From the NCBI GenBank assembly GCA_051362555.1, contig CM120643.1, positions 8,370,001 through 8,434,000 of the forward strand: 64,000 nucleotides of DNA, written 5' to 3'. Every line of letters begins with the position of its first letter. The first letter of the stretch is position 1. The position numbers were made by a program, and so were the translations under genes. Shown in pieces: positions 35,601-47,800 of this stretch. This DNA is from Lingula anatina. Taxonomy: Eukaryota; Animalia; Brachiopoda. A model generated the notes under the pieces. That model saw only the letters and a list, made by a program, of their open reading frames with translations, was not told the DNA's origin and made no database searches.

Positions 35601-38600
35601 TTACTGCATGATGTGAAAATAGCCCCATCCTCCATTAACATCATATGGCATTATCTGTTCATCTTTTTAATGAACTCTATGACACAATTACTCTAAAATA
35701 ACAAATAATTCATCTGAAATCAAATCTCCATCAAAACATTTTATGATACCAGCCCATGGCAATTAGGAGAAAACAATAACCAGCAAAGTACAAAAGACAA
35801 TTGATATTTACGTTCATCAAAATTCCACTTATCATTAATTGAACTTTAAGCCCAGAATCCAAACATAACATGGGAGTATTAATTGCCTTTTACTCTCAAC
35901 CCATAATTTGTTCCGCAGTGACTCAACAACATGTCCCTTCCATTATAATTAACAACAACATAAAATGTTCCGCCACAACTCTTCAAATCGGTAATCAATC
36001 TGACGTAATCTATGTCCTCGCTGTTCTTCATAGGCTGGCTACACATAACACTCAACTGGATCGATCAAAATGACATCAGCACTGTGGATTCTACTCAAAG
36101 TTCATTACAGCAGCATTGGACTTGTTGTGAAGAGAGACTAGCACATCTCATGTAGTCGTATTAATAACAATTAAAACTATCAGGCCAGTGCATACATCTT
36201 TCAGATTGACCTGCTCAACTCGAGAGTGAACGCGGCCCTAATCCACATTGGCTGGTTCTAGGAAATAGTAGGCGTAGCTAATGTTGGATGTCTGTTAATG
36301 TCCTGGTCTTTGGATGGAGATCATAGATCACTTTTGTATTAGTGCACTTAACCACAGCCTCCAGCAGCCAGTAATGAGAAATAATGCACGACAGCAAACA
36401 TTAAAGCCATGATGTATTGGTTTCATCAACTAATGCCACATCTCAGTATGGACAGTGCATTAAATTTTCGAGAGGAAATTTGAAGATTTTTTATTCTTTA
36501 CTTTGTCTTTTTTTCTTCATCTTCTTCTTTTTGATAATCTGGTTGACCCACTGGTATTTTTTATTATCATTATTATTTTTTGCACATGTTCCATTCAGTC
36601 CCCCCCCTACACATTCCGGTCATCAATCAGATTATATGACAGAGGAGGTCAGTGACCAGAAATTACACAGAGCAAGTACTTTATTCTTCAACTATCTTAC
36701 GAGGGCAAGATCAGTTAAATGTGCAACATCCATCCATTTTACTGTATTATACCAAAGAAGAATATCAACTTTTTAAACACCTTTGTCTGTAATTTATCGA
36801 AATATTTTATGTCTACCTTCCAGAACACTTGCAAAGAAATACCTCTAAAATTGTAAAAATATGCTTAATTGACTGGCTCCAAAATATACTTTTGTGACAT
36901 TTTTTTAAATGCTCCTTTCAAACATATGGGTACAGTAACTGTTTTCAGCATTTGCTAAAAAGTATCCGATGCCAGTTATATTATCTTTGAAGCACTTCTA
37001 GGAGGCAGGTATGGCATTCTTGAATCATTTTATCCCAACATATGGGCACCATGTTTAAGATATGATAAATTATTTTTCCTAATCCACTATATAACCTTTG
37101 GTCACTTTTGAGATGAAGTCTATGTGCTCAACAAGGCCAAGCAATAAACATCCAATTTTTTGTGCGAATCGACTTGTGAAAACAATAAAAAAAACCTGTA
37201 GTGTAATTATATTTTAGGATCTCTCAAACTGTACCATTGCGGCCTCTTTCACTAAAGAAATAATAGTTTGGACCTGAAACCATACAGTCCAACAAACAGT
37301 TTTACATTTTCTCATGAAATTCAATTCACTGTGTTTTAATTAGTTGCCAAGTTGTGTTATATTCACATTACATTTACATTATTCTAGTGAAATGGAAAAT
37401 TTGGGGGCAGATTTAAGAAAAGTTTAAATCAGAGACATCTTGGGTTATGATAGCTTTGGATAGGATAGTGCCTTACAATTGAATACACCTGTAAGTAACA
37501 ATATTGATACATGCCCAGCAAGTCACTTGCCAGGTCACAATCAGGAGCGGATTCAGAGATATTTTTTGACAGTCTTCCAAATTATCTTTGTTGATCTGTT
37601 CTTCAATTTTTGACCGTCTTCCGACAGAAAAAAAAAGGCACCCATCAATATAAACTTGAAAATCTGACCGTCTTCCGGAAGACCCAGAAGACGCCCTAAA
37701 TCCGCCCCTGACAATGCTGCAGATCACAACTGAAGAACGGTAATGTTTTTTTAGGCAGACTTTTTTTTACAAGCAGGGGGCTTGGAGCAAGTGGCTCATG
37801 TCTCGGACAAATCTCCAACTCATATTTTACTGAGGTTCACATTAAGTAAATTCCCATGGTATTATTGGAAATACCTATTATATATGGTAAGTTGGACACA
37901 TTGTACTTTAACCATGCCTCCACATTTGGTTAAACAGAAATCAAATGTCATACGAGGTCATTAACCAAGATTTAATCTTCTTTCTCAGATCAAAAGTATG
38001 TATCATCATTACTAAGATGGGTCCAGATACTGTCATTTTACATAACAAGATCAAAGTATATTGTCTTAGTGTTATGTGCACTGGCCTTCAACTTACTGAT
38101 AAGTGTATTATTGTCGTAAATACTTGCTTTGAAAAAAAAAATCAAAAGAAATATTAATAATTTGTACTCTTGGCATGGTATGGACTTCAGAGAGTGCACA
38201 GAATTTTGACTATTAGATAATCATTTCAATGTTGTTCTGAACCTTGCAAATATGAACTAAATTCAAAATAGTAAAAGCATAAAAATTTTCTGCATTAAAA
38301 TTCACTAAAATTTGTTAGAACAAAAATTCTTTGAGAGAATTGTCTATTATACTTGCATCCAGAATTACTTTGTTTTTATGTCTATGTTCCAGATGCAAGG
38401 TAGGTGTCTGATGTCTTCCTCATATACTAAAATACAACATACTTCTGCAATTATTAAAGAATAAATACCCTAAAAGGATTTTTTTATTTTTTAATAATCT
38501 TTCCTGCATTTGAAAAGAAACCAAACCCTTCCAGTGTTGTACAAAACAGCACCCTCTGGGAAAATGAAAGAAATATTCTTCCTAAAAATCAAAAGAAACA

Positions 38601-40186
38601 AAACCTCCAAGAGCATAACACATACAAAACCTATGCTAATGACTCGATCATTTCAATAGGCAAAAATTATGAAACTTTCAGATTTGTGATTTTATAATTT
38701 ACTAGTACAAAATTATATTTTAATTGAGCATTTGTGGTGCTTTTACTGCATATAATAGAACTATAGAGTGACCTGCTTTTCAATTTTGCTGCTACCAAAC
38801 AAAAGCAATTTTCTGATGTTTAGAAATTATAACCAAATAATACAGTATCAGTAAAATTTACAATCTCCCCCCATTGAAAAGATCGAGTAATTACCATAAT
38901 TCCAAAATCATAAAAATAAGAAAATATACTTCAAAATAAATAACAACGGCATTGCAGCATGATATACCTGAAGGTTTCCACTTTCCACCACCTTCTGCCA
39001 CTGAATTTGGTTTGGTTTTACCACCTCCCTGGCTCCTAGTCTGCTGGGTATCAGGTTTCCATTTGCCCCCTGTGTGGCCTCTGGGTGGTCGCGAACCAGG
39101 TTCCCACTTGCCCCCTGTGTGGCCTCTAGGCGGTCGAGAACCAGGTTCCCACTTGCCCCCTGTGTGGCCTCTAGGCGGTCGAGAACCAGGTTCCCACTTG
39201 CCCCCTGTGTGGCCTCTAGGTGGTCGAGAACCAGGTTCCCACTTGCCCCCTGTGTGGCCTCTAGGCGGTCGAGAACCAGGTTCCCACTTTCCCCCTGTGT
39301 GGCCTCTAGGTGGTCGAGAACCAGGTTTCCAGGTTTCATCTTCACTTTCATCCTCCTCCTCTTCACCACTTAGTTCTTCTGACTCTTCATCATATTCTTC
39401 ATTCTCCGAATCGCTGCAGAATCCCAAATTTTCTAGTAAGTTGGATATTGGTAAACTTTTGTCTTTTTCATTCTCAGCAGGCGTGTAACTGACGACATCT
39501 TTACTTTGTCCACTTTTTCCAGTGCTCCTGGGCTTGACTTGCAAATTTAAAGAAGAAAAGAAATCCTCTGGACGTTTCACATCTTGGTCCTTCTCTTCAA
39601 GGGGAATATTTGAGTCTTGGGCTTTTCCAGGTTGATCGGACGGTGGACTCAAAACGGGAAGCGAAAAGCCATTACTTGCATCACCGACATCCAGAGAAAG
39701 GTTTGACTGAGTATAGATGGGGCTGCAAGACGGTTCTCCACCAAAATTCCTCACAGAGCTGTTCGATGAAGTTTGAGCGCTGAAAGTGGTTACGGCATTG
39801 GCAAAATCGAACAGAAAGTCCGTAGTGACAGGCGTCACCTCCGTACATGTCAAGTTATCCTTGTCAGGTATTGTAGCTGTCCTCTCTGTGGTGACAAAGC
39901 TTCTCCTTTCCTGCACATGGTCTGTGCTTGAAAAATTATTACTCAGCGCAACAGTATCTGTACACGTATAGTTCCTGTATATGTTTATGTGTGTTGTATT
40001 GTTTATATTACTAGCTGCAGCAGTTTCATGTGGCAAGCTCCTAGAGACAGTTGTCGCCCTGGCAGGACTAGGTTTCTTTGCAGGACACAAGCTTTTCTTA
40101 TGGGTGATGTAGTTCATGAGACCCACTATGGTGGTATTGCAATTCAGGCAGATGTGAGGGTCGTTGTCCTCCTCCAGGTCCATCAT
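29661..40186 (-). CDS. Large multi-zinc-finger protein (C2H2 plus U1/matrin-like fingers; ZNF407/ZFP64-like). Coding exons: 38968-40186, 32886-34751, 32213-32505, 31321-31507, 29661-30799
   Basis: N-terminal DPHICLNCNTTIVGLMNYITHKKSLC finger, repeated YYCQPCQKSF...YAYHxxSxxH matrin-like fingers, and a tandem C2H2 array with HTGE/HSNERPY/HIGSKPF linkers. Introns are GT-AG with matching phases. Orthology is not certain. Confidence 0.85.
34948..35349. mobile_element. Abutting MITE A (34948-35162) and MITE B (35166-35349)
   Basis: Same families as at 12556-12947, separated by a single TTA. Confidence 0.75.
37542..37710 (-). mobile_element. Family C short element, TSD ACAAT
   Basis: ACAAT|CAGGAGCGGAT...AAATCCGCCCCTG|ACAAT. 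Confidence 0.85.
38638..38893. mobile_element. Degenerate MITE, with a related fragment at about 28146-28340
   Basis: TAATGACTCGATC ... GATCGAGTAATTA inverted ends, and the 5' part is shared with the sequence from 28146. Confidence 0.5.
39059..39328 (-). repeat. Coding minisatellite: 6 x 45 bp encoding (E/K)PGSRPPRGHTGGKW
   Basis: Near-identical 45-bp units within the first coding exon of the zinc-finger gene. Confidence 0.97.
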
Positions 40187-41399
40187 TTTTGGAGGCTGCT
40201 ATGGCTGCCTAACCTGTAATGATAAACACATTGGTGTATGGTATATGGAAAATTTAACCTCATCTAGATAGATGGATTTAAGTAAAATTTGACTAAACCA
40301 GATTGAAATTTTAATATAAGAATGAAGTTTGAATTTGGGTTGAAATTCAATAAAATGTTCACCTATTTTCTTTCTTTTTTTTCACATTTGTTTTTGCTCA
40401 GGACTTTGCATATCATATATATTTCAGCTACTTCAAGTAGCTACCACAAACACAGGCTCAATAATTTTTTTCATTTATAACCTCCTTTCTTCCTCAATAT
40501 TACTTGTAATTAAATTGCATTTAAGACATTTACCTATTTTCTAAAGCGATTATTTTTGTGATCATAAAAGTAGTACACTGTTACCGAATAGTACAACAAT
40601 GAAAGCATCAACCTGTTTTTCTTTTTTTTTTTTTCGCCAATTTTCAGGGCAAATGAAGAGAGTAATGTGAAATGACATGAAGAGCAATAATTCAACTATT
40701 GTCACAGACATGAAAATTTGTCATATATGTCCTTCGCATTTATTTCATAAATTCATGGGCAATTATTTCATCTTCTGAATGGTGGTATATCAATCTTGCA
40801 CTGACATCTATCTTTCATTCCCTCTTATTTATTCTACACTCGTGTCAATGAAAATCCTGCTAGTCATCAATTTTGATATTCAACAGGAAGCCACTGCTGA
40901 TACAAAAGTAGTTAAGAACCTTTTTTGAATTCTTTGAATAATAACACTGCTTCAAAAATCTAATATCTGGCTTCCAGGCATCAAGTTCTATATATCTGCA
41001 TCATTTTTTATACCACTTCTTTTGTAGAAGATAACTTAGGTATTTCACATTGATTTACACTTTAGAGTCCTGAAAATGCCAGGATTGCCAAATAAAAGTC
41101 AATAACCCGATGTATTAGGTAATGTTCCCAAACAAGCCACCCTGTCCACACTCATATATTGTCAGAGGCCATCTATCTCACTTAAGGCATTCATACCAAA
41201 CAAGATAAAATAAGCATTTCTTTGTCCTTATAATTTTCTGTGGGGAGCTTTGGAAAATTGTGAATATAGCCAAATTTAGGCGATTTGCTGATAATTTCAC
41301 TTTTATGGGCGCTGGTATGCTTCAAGTCACAAATGATCTCTTTCAAACTTAGAGGACCACACTAGCTGAGATCTCGACTTAAAAGGGCACTTTACTGTT

Positions 41400-41848
41400 T
41401 AATAGTACTAGTAGCAGTATTAGTGATTATAGTACTATTTGCACTCGGCAAGCGTCGGATTTCAGCCGTGAATCAACTCACGCACACCGATTGTTCTACA
41501 TGCACATCAATGGATTGGACGTTTTAATTTACAAGGTTTTTTTCGACATGTTTACATAATGTTCGTGAAACTGAATAGCTTACGCAAATTTTAATTGTAA
41601 TGTTATGTTGACAAACCGATCGCTTCAGCCAAAAGACCGGATATGTTCTTCTTTGATGTGAGTACTGAGCATGCTCAGAGCAATTATTGGACATTCCCCC
41701 ACAATTCCTCGCGTGAACTACATTTCCGGTTTACATTAGCAGGTCAATAGTGGCTCACGTTGAACCTGCACGGTCGTCTGAATTTGTGCGCTAAATTCGA
41801 AGTCGAGGTGTGCACAGATGAAAAGGAACGACAGCAGATACTATAACA
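41400..41848. promoter_or_regulatory. Probable divergent promoter region for the zinc-finger gene (non-coding first exon) and teashirt
   Basis: Local CpG enrichment. The zinc-finger coding exon has an acceptor at 40213 that needs an upstream exon, and a candidate minus-strand donor (GTGAGT) lies at 41476-41481. Confidence 0.45.
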
Positions 41849-44800
41849 ATGCCTAGACGGAAGCAGGAGTGCCCCAAACGCCATAATTGTGAGTATGAAC
41901 GATTGAAAACCGGCGTGACTTGAAAAGTCGTCTGTTTCATTTCACGTCAGGCACCTGAATGAATTTGTTTACATTTCCTTTGTGTATCGTTATTTTACTG
42001 ACAGTTCTCATTTTAAATCATCAACATTCAGTGGTGAGAAAAACTCGAAAATGCAAGATGGGCGAGGCCAGTTTATTCAACCATTTTCCTTCCAGAAGGC
42101 TCCGGTTATTTTTTATTACACCATCTGTCATAGGTAGACACCTTGTCTCGCATTCATCAAGTCTGGCCATTACTCACTGTCAATCATCTGTCATAAACCC
42201 TTTGTACGAAGCTGCCGGCTCATTCTCAGTGCTAATCAATCACGGTCCTTAGCTTTTGTGTAAGTGTGTTTGCTCAGTGAAGCAAACAGAAAAAGTAAGG
42301 AGTAGGCACGCATTGTAGATCAAATATTGCAGACCGCCGTCTTTTTCAACTAGCGAGCTGTTTTTCAACCATTTGATTGATTGCTCCACCTGATGATAGT
42401 GATTGTTTTTGTGTTGCTGTGAAGTGCAGGGTTGTGTTACTATGGCATTGTATTTTATCATCTGGAGTGGGTTTATGAAATGTGACAGCATTCCGCTTTG
42501 AAGGTAATCTGGGTTGCCTGGATGATAGAATGTCGGAGCCTGGCTGAAATTACTGCGTGTGATTGATAGAACTTGTTATCAGTCATATGGTGGGAAATAA
42601 TGCCATTTATTATGCAGACCTGTCAGTTTTCAGTCACATAAATAAGGGCTAATGAGTAGGGGCTTAGAAAACAGTCTGCCTGGGTTTGTACACAAAAGAC
42701 TTGTGTCGATCAGATTACAGAAAGTGATGGAAAGGGGCGACACACAGGAACCTCTTGCAATTCTCCGCCGATTCTTAGCCGCATGTACAATAACAGTCTG
42801 TCAGCTGTCATAAGCTTCAGGGGGAAAACAATGCGCTGTAAACTGGGGTAACACTCCGTGGAACATTGAAGCAAATGGAGTTAATCACTGTCGTGTGTGA
42901 TTATGTGACAACTCCACTTGGATAGACGAGAAAAGAATTGTTCACCAGGGTGCCACTGAGTTGCCATAGTTACCAATTACAATATGAACATGTTACGGCA
43001 TAGCCAGAGTAAAAGTAATTTCTATCACTGTAATTTCTACCTCATCTAATCTAAACAATGTCCCTTACATCAACATGGGAAAGAAAGAGGAGGGTTGTTT
43101 AAAATGTTCAAGAGTGTGGGTTCATTTTTAGTTAAAACAGTTGTACCAGATCAGATAGAACTCCTTTTTCCTTCCAAATGGTCTACCAGATAAGTTGATA
43201 AACCATACCAGCAATAAATCAGAATGTGGAGAATTGTCAATATGACTTGTGCAGTATATTAATATAATGTCAAGTTTGATGTGCATAATGTTTACTGATG
43301 CATTGACCTAGATAAAGCCAATCTGTAGCATATGTCATTAATGGCACTAATCAATCATCACTTACCTGTCGCAGGTATACCAGCACAGTGGGATTATCCA
43401 GAGGAAGGGCAGGATTATGCTGAGTTGGGGCCAAGTAATTGGTTGTAGTTAAATTTGGATGGATTACAGGCTTACTAAATAATGCCAGATTCTAGGATTT
43501 TTGAAAGTTTTTACTGTGGCATTAAAAAAAGGTGCTTTGGACATATTGAGGTGATATTAGCAGTGGTGAATATAAAATTTCCATTAATCCTATTGTTTCA
43601 GAAATAAAATTCATCCAATATCAGATTGTAGACAATGTGATTTTGATTAATTGTGGATAGTTAGCCTGATATTTAGCCAGATATAAACTCGGAGATGCGG
43701 AATCACACATAGCATGACTGTTAATTTTATACCATATTGTGTCTGGGTTATCAGTCGTGTAATTAAAGGTATGTTTGTGCTGTATTAAATGATGACAGCT
43801 TGCACACAGGTGGTGGGATATGTTTTTATGAACAATGTCGGCATTTCCTGTCCCGTAAATGTGAATAATTCAGTAATAATTGGTTTCAGATTGAAGATGA
43901 TTATTAGACACAGGTTGCTAGTTCCACTTTTTTCTTTCATGGATAAGATGGGAAAAGTACTTTTTCATGATTTAAATATTAAATTCACTATAGTATAACA
44001 AAAAAGTGTTCTCACTATTAACTATCAATGAATTATATGGCGACCATTTAAGATATAACATAATCAATTTGTTTTTAAAACCACCTCTACACAACAATCA
44101 AAACTGTAGGTGGATCAACTCATTTTGAGGAACTGTTTTGAATAAGATGTTTTTCCCATTAATTATGAACCCATACAATCACTACTGCATGACAGCATCC
44201 TCTACTATAATGTTGTTTGAGCCAAACGGCTTAATAGTAAATGTTTCAGTCAAAGCAAGTTTTTGAATCACTGCTCATCTTCGTTTATTTATTTATTTAT
44301 TTATTTAAATAAATTAATTAATTAATTTTTTTTTTTTTTTTGGGGGGGGGATTGGAGGTTCACCATTTTCAGTGAATTTGACAGAATATGTACATGGGTT
44401 AAATGGTAGCTAGAGTCCATGATGCTCTCCTCTCTATGCTGTTTGTGGTGCAGTCTGAATGAAGCATGATATTGAACCATTGACATGTACGCTGTACAAC
44501 TTGCTATTCTTAAAGTACACTTCTGTCGTGTTTCCAGTTGGATTAACCTTACTTAGTGTGGCCCAACTGAGCAGGCCATCTAATAATAATAATAATGATT
44601 AGCCCACCAAAGACAAGCCAGTTTAATCTCAATTTCCATAGTGATGGGTGGGACAGGATACGTATTAGATTATATCGAGTTATACTAGTGAACAAGGGGT
44701 TTGAGCATTCAAAATAAAAGCTCTATTGGCCAGAGAAGCACCCCTTTGAATCAAAATTTGATCTAGGTTCTATACCATTTCTCAAGTTGGGTCATCTAAG

Positions 44801-47800
44801 ATGGTAAAAAGATCCACTTTTCAAGACCTTCCCCCCTCCCCACCCCCTCCTCTCTCTCTCTCTCTCTCTCTCTCTAAGATTTGAACCTGTGATGAACTAT
44901 TTGGAGATGAGTAACACAGAAGATATTTCACTTAACCTGACTGGAAACACAACTTACTACTCTGCTTGATTGGATTCATGTCACCAAGCGGCAGTTGTCC
45001 ATCTTAATCTCAGACTCCATGACTTACGGGATTGATTCCACCACACCAAAATTTAATCAGGAACACAAATGGACGACGGGCAATTATATGTCCATTTTTT
45101 TCTACAGGTTTCCGCCATATATGTGCGTATTTGATATATGTTTGTAAAAGAAAGTAACACTGGACAAACAAGTATTGATGAACCTGCAGTCAGAAATTTA
45201 ATTACAGACAAAATTGCCCTACTTGTAATTGATATATATGGTCATTTTCCATGTCACCACTTATTTTTAACATTAAGTTTCAGAGTTGTTGGAGACAAAA
45301 TAGTCTATGGAGCTTGCTGTCCACATGGATATTTAAAGAATATACATGTAGCTGTTTATGCTACACTCTCCACAGATGCTAAATTAAAGACAATTAATTT
45401 GAAATGTAAAAGGAACTTAAATACAATTCCAAGAAATTAACTACTTTTTATTTCATTCTTTCTTTTTATTTGTATTTATTTAGTTTGTAATTTCAAGCAA
45501 ACAGTCCTAGTTGTTTTAAACAGGATATTAAAAAGACATCTATTTGGCAGTGTAATATTTAAATTAATTAATGAGTTGAATTTTAACTGCATCAACAGAA
45601 GTCTCATTCCTGTTAGTTTCACGTGTCTTTAACTAAAATATTTTTTATTAAATTACTTCAAGAATAAATAATGTTTAGGCATTGAAACCATGTATTTGCT
45701 ACTCATGTGAAACTTTAAAGGTTTAAGTCAAAACCAACAAGAATTTAGTCGTAATATCAATGATTTATTGCGACATTTGAGAGCAATGTTTGTATTGATA
45801 TGTGTGGAAAATGCCAAGAAATGCAGAATGTCAGAATGTCAGAAACTGAAAGTGTAGATATATACACACGTCTTGTTATCACTCTTCCAGTGCTGGCTGC
45901 CACAGTAATCAATCATTCTCAAGGTCATATGTATATGTATGATGTAAATATATATCTAAATTACTGGTGTAGAGCAATCATATAGTCAGTCAGAAGCTTC
46001 ATGGTTTTCAACTTTACAGTTCTCCAAATGAGTTGATCTTCTGTATCACGTATCAAAATTGTGATGTCAGAATATTATTGGGTGTTCCTATACTGGACTG
46101 TCTTTCCTCCCATATTATATTGCCAGGGTTTTTTTTTTCACACTTCTGAAATAATTTTTATGTTAAAAGGAATTGTGTGGGTGATAATTAATGGTTTTCA
46201 ATACCAATAGCCCCCCAGTATCATGCAACTTCCTCAAGTTACCAGAAAGACTTCCAATATCCTTCACTGTTAGTAGAAGACAGATAGAAGTTTTGCATGT
46301 TTACCTTAAAATAACATCTAATCTATGCACACCAATGGATTCACAACCGTGTGCATTTTTGATGCCAATTGTTAAAAATGTGCCATTTACATGAAGCCAG
46401 TAAATAATTCAACCTTCCTGTCATCGATTAGACTTTTAAAAATGTTCCGCGTGGCTGAATTTTTTCACAAGTTAGATTAAAACGAGAATGATTTGCTTCC
46501 ATTGTAGCAGTCATTCTAGATGTTTTCTTTCTTTTTCACAAGGTCTGTGAATTGATGGCTTACCATGTCTGTGAATTCTTGGTAAATATTTAATAACCTG
46601 TATACCAGAAAAGGGCTTTTTACTAAATCCAGATTCCAGCAGGATTGAACAGAATTCAATTTCCATAGACAGAATGATCAATTTCCCAACCCCACTACCC
46701 ATGTTTCTCCGCATGTACTCTCCCCAACATGGCCCTGACCTGTGGATACTGTAATGTTGTTACTTATGCTGAAAAGTTCTATTCCCCTATGAAGCTCACA
46801 ATTAATTGACACCATTAGAAGGTTTGGTTAAAGGTCTGTCGGGCAGGTGCAAGCCAGCATCTAATTGCCATTTCTCGGTGACATATTGATGACTTTTTGT
46901 GATCTATTGGTCCTCAGCTTATTTTATTATATGGCTCTCGTTATCGAGGTTACTCCCAAAGAAATTTAGTTCTTGTAATGGATTTTGTATACTGGTTATT
47001 AGATCTATGACATTATAATAGTCCAGGACCCCCAGTTGGAAGCCTTGCTACTCCAGTGGTGATTATAATGTTTTTTTAACCTTTTTTTTCGTATGGTATT
47101 ATTACCAGATTAGACTATATATGGAAACTACAGAAAGCTGGGAGCTGAAGTAATATATCATTCAGTATAACATAATGTGACAGAGTGCTTAAAGTTTTGT
47201 GACTGCGCCCAGTTGTTTATTTAAAAAACGGATTTGTTTTTGATAAATATTTCAAAGTGTGTAAAATATAATAAGATCCTGGTGGGTAACCAATGTACAG
47301 TAGATTTAGAAATTTAGATTATAGTGCACTTTGTTCAGTAGGAGTAACCAAACTGATTTTGAAACTAATATGTCTTTTAATTGTTTAGATTATTTGCTGC
47401 TTAACCATTGCCCAATGACCTATTAATATTAATGCATTCAACTTTGGTTTAATATATTTGGTATTTAGGTATTTCAAGATAGATGATTCAAGCTTGTAAA
47501 ATGTTAGTCAGATCAAATAGAGTGGATGATGTAGTATTCTTTCTGAGGTCCTTAGCTACATTTTATTATATTTTATATTACTACTATGTCACAAGTAGCA
47601 TATCTTGAAATGTGTTACTTTAAGGGACCATTCCCATAGATATTTGGATCGATCTATCTCCCTGGGGAGTCTCACTAAATTGCTGTCAACTTGACCAGCT
47701 TAAATGTCTGTCACGCCTAGTTAAGCTGTTAGGGGGTAATTATCTTTACTCCCCTAGCTTATTCGGTAGGCGAGACAGACATTATAGCCAGTTAGTTGAT

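Noticed and set aside
39059-39328. Regular repeats that might be taken for a CRISPR array
   Set aside because: The 45-bp units are contiguous with no unique spacers, lie in frame inside a eukaryotic exon, and no cas genes are present.
38908-39488. Alternative-frame and antisense ORFs (153, 178 and 99 aa) over the repeat
   Set aside because: They are a by-product of a stop-free 45-bp tandem repeat.
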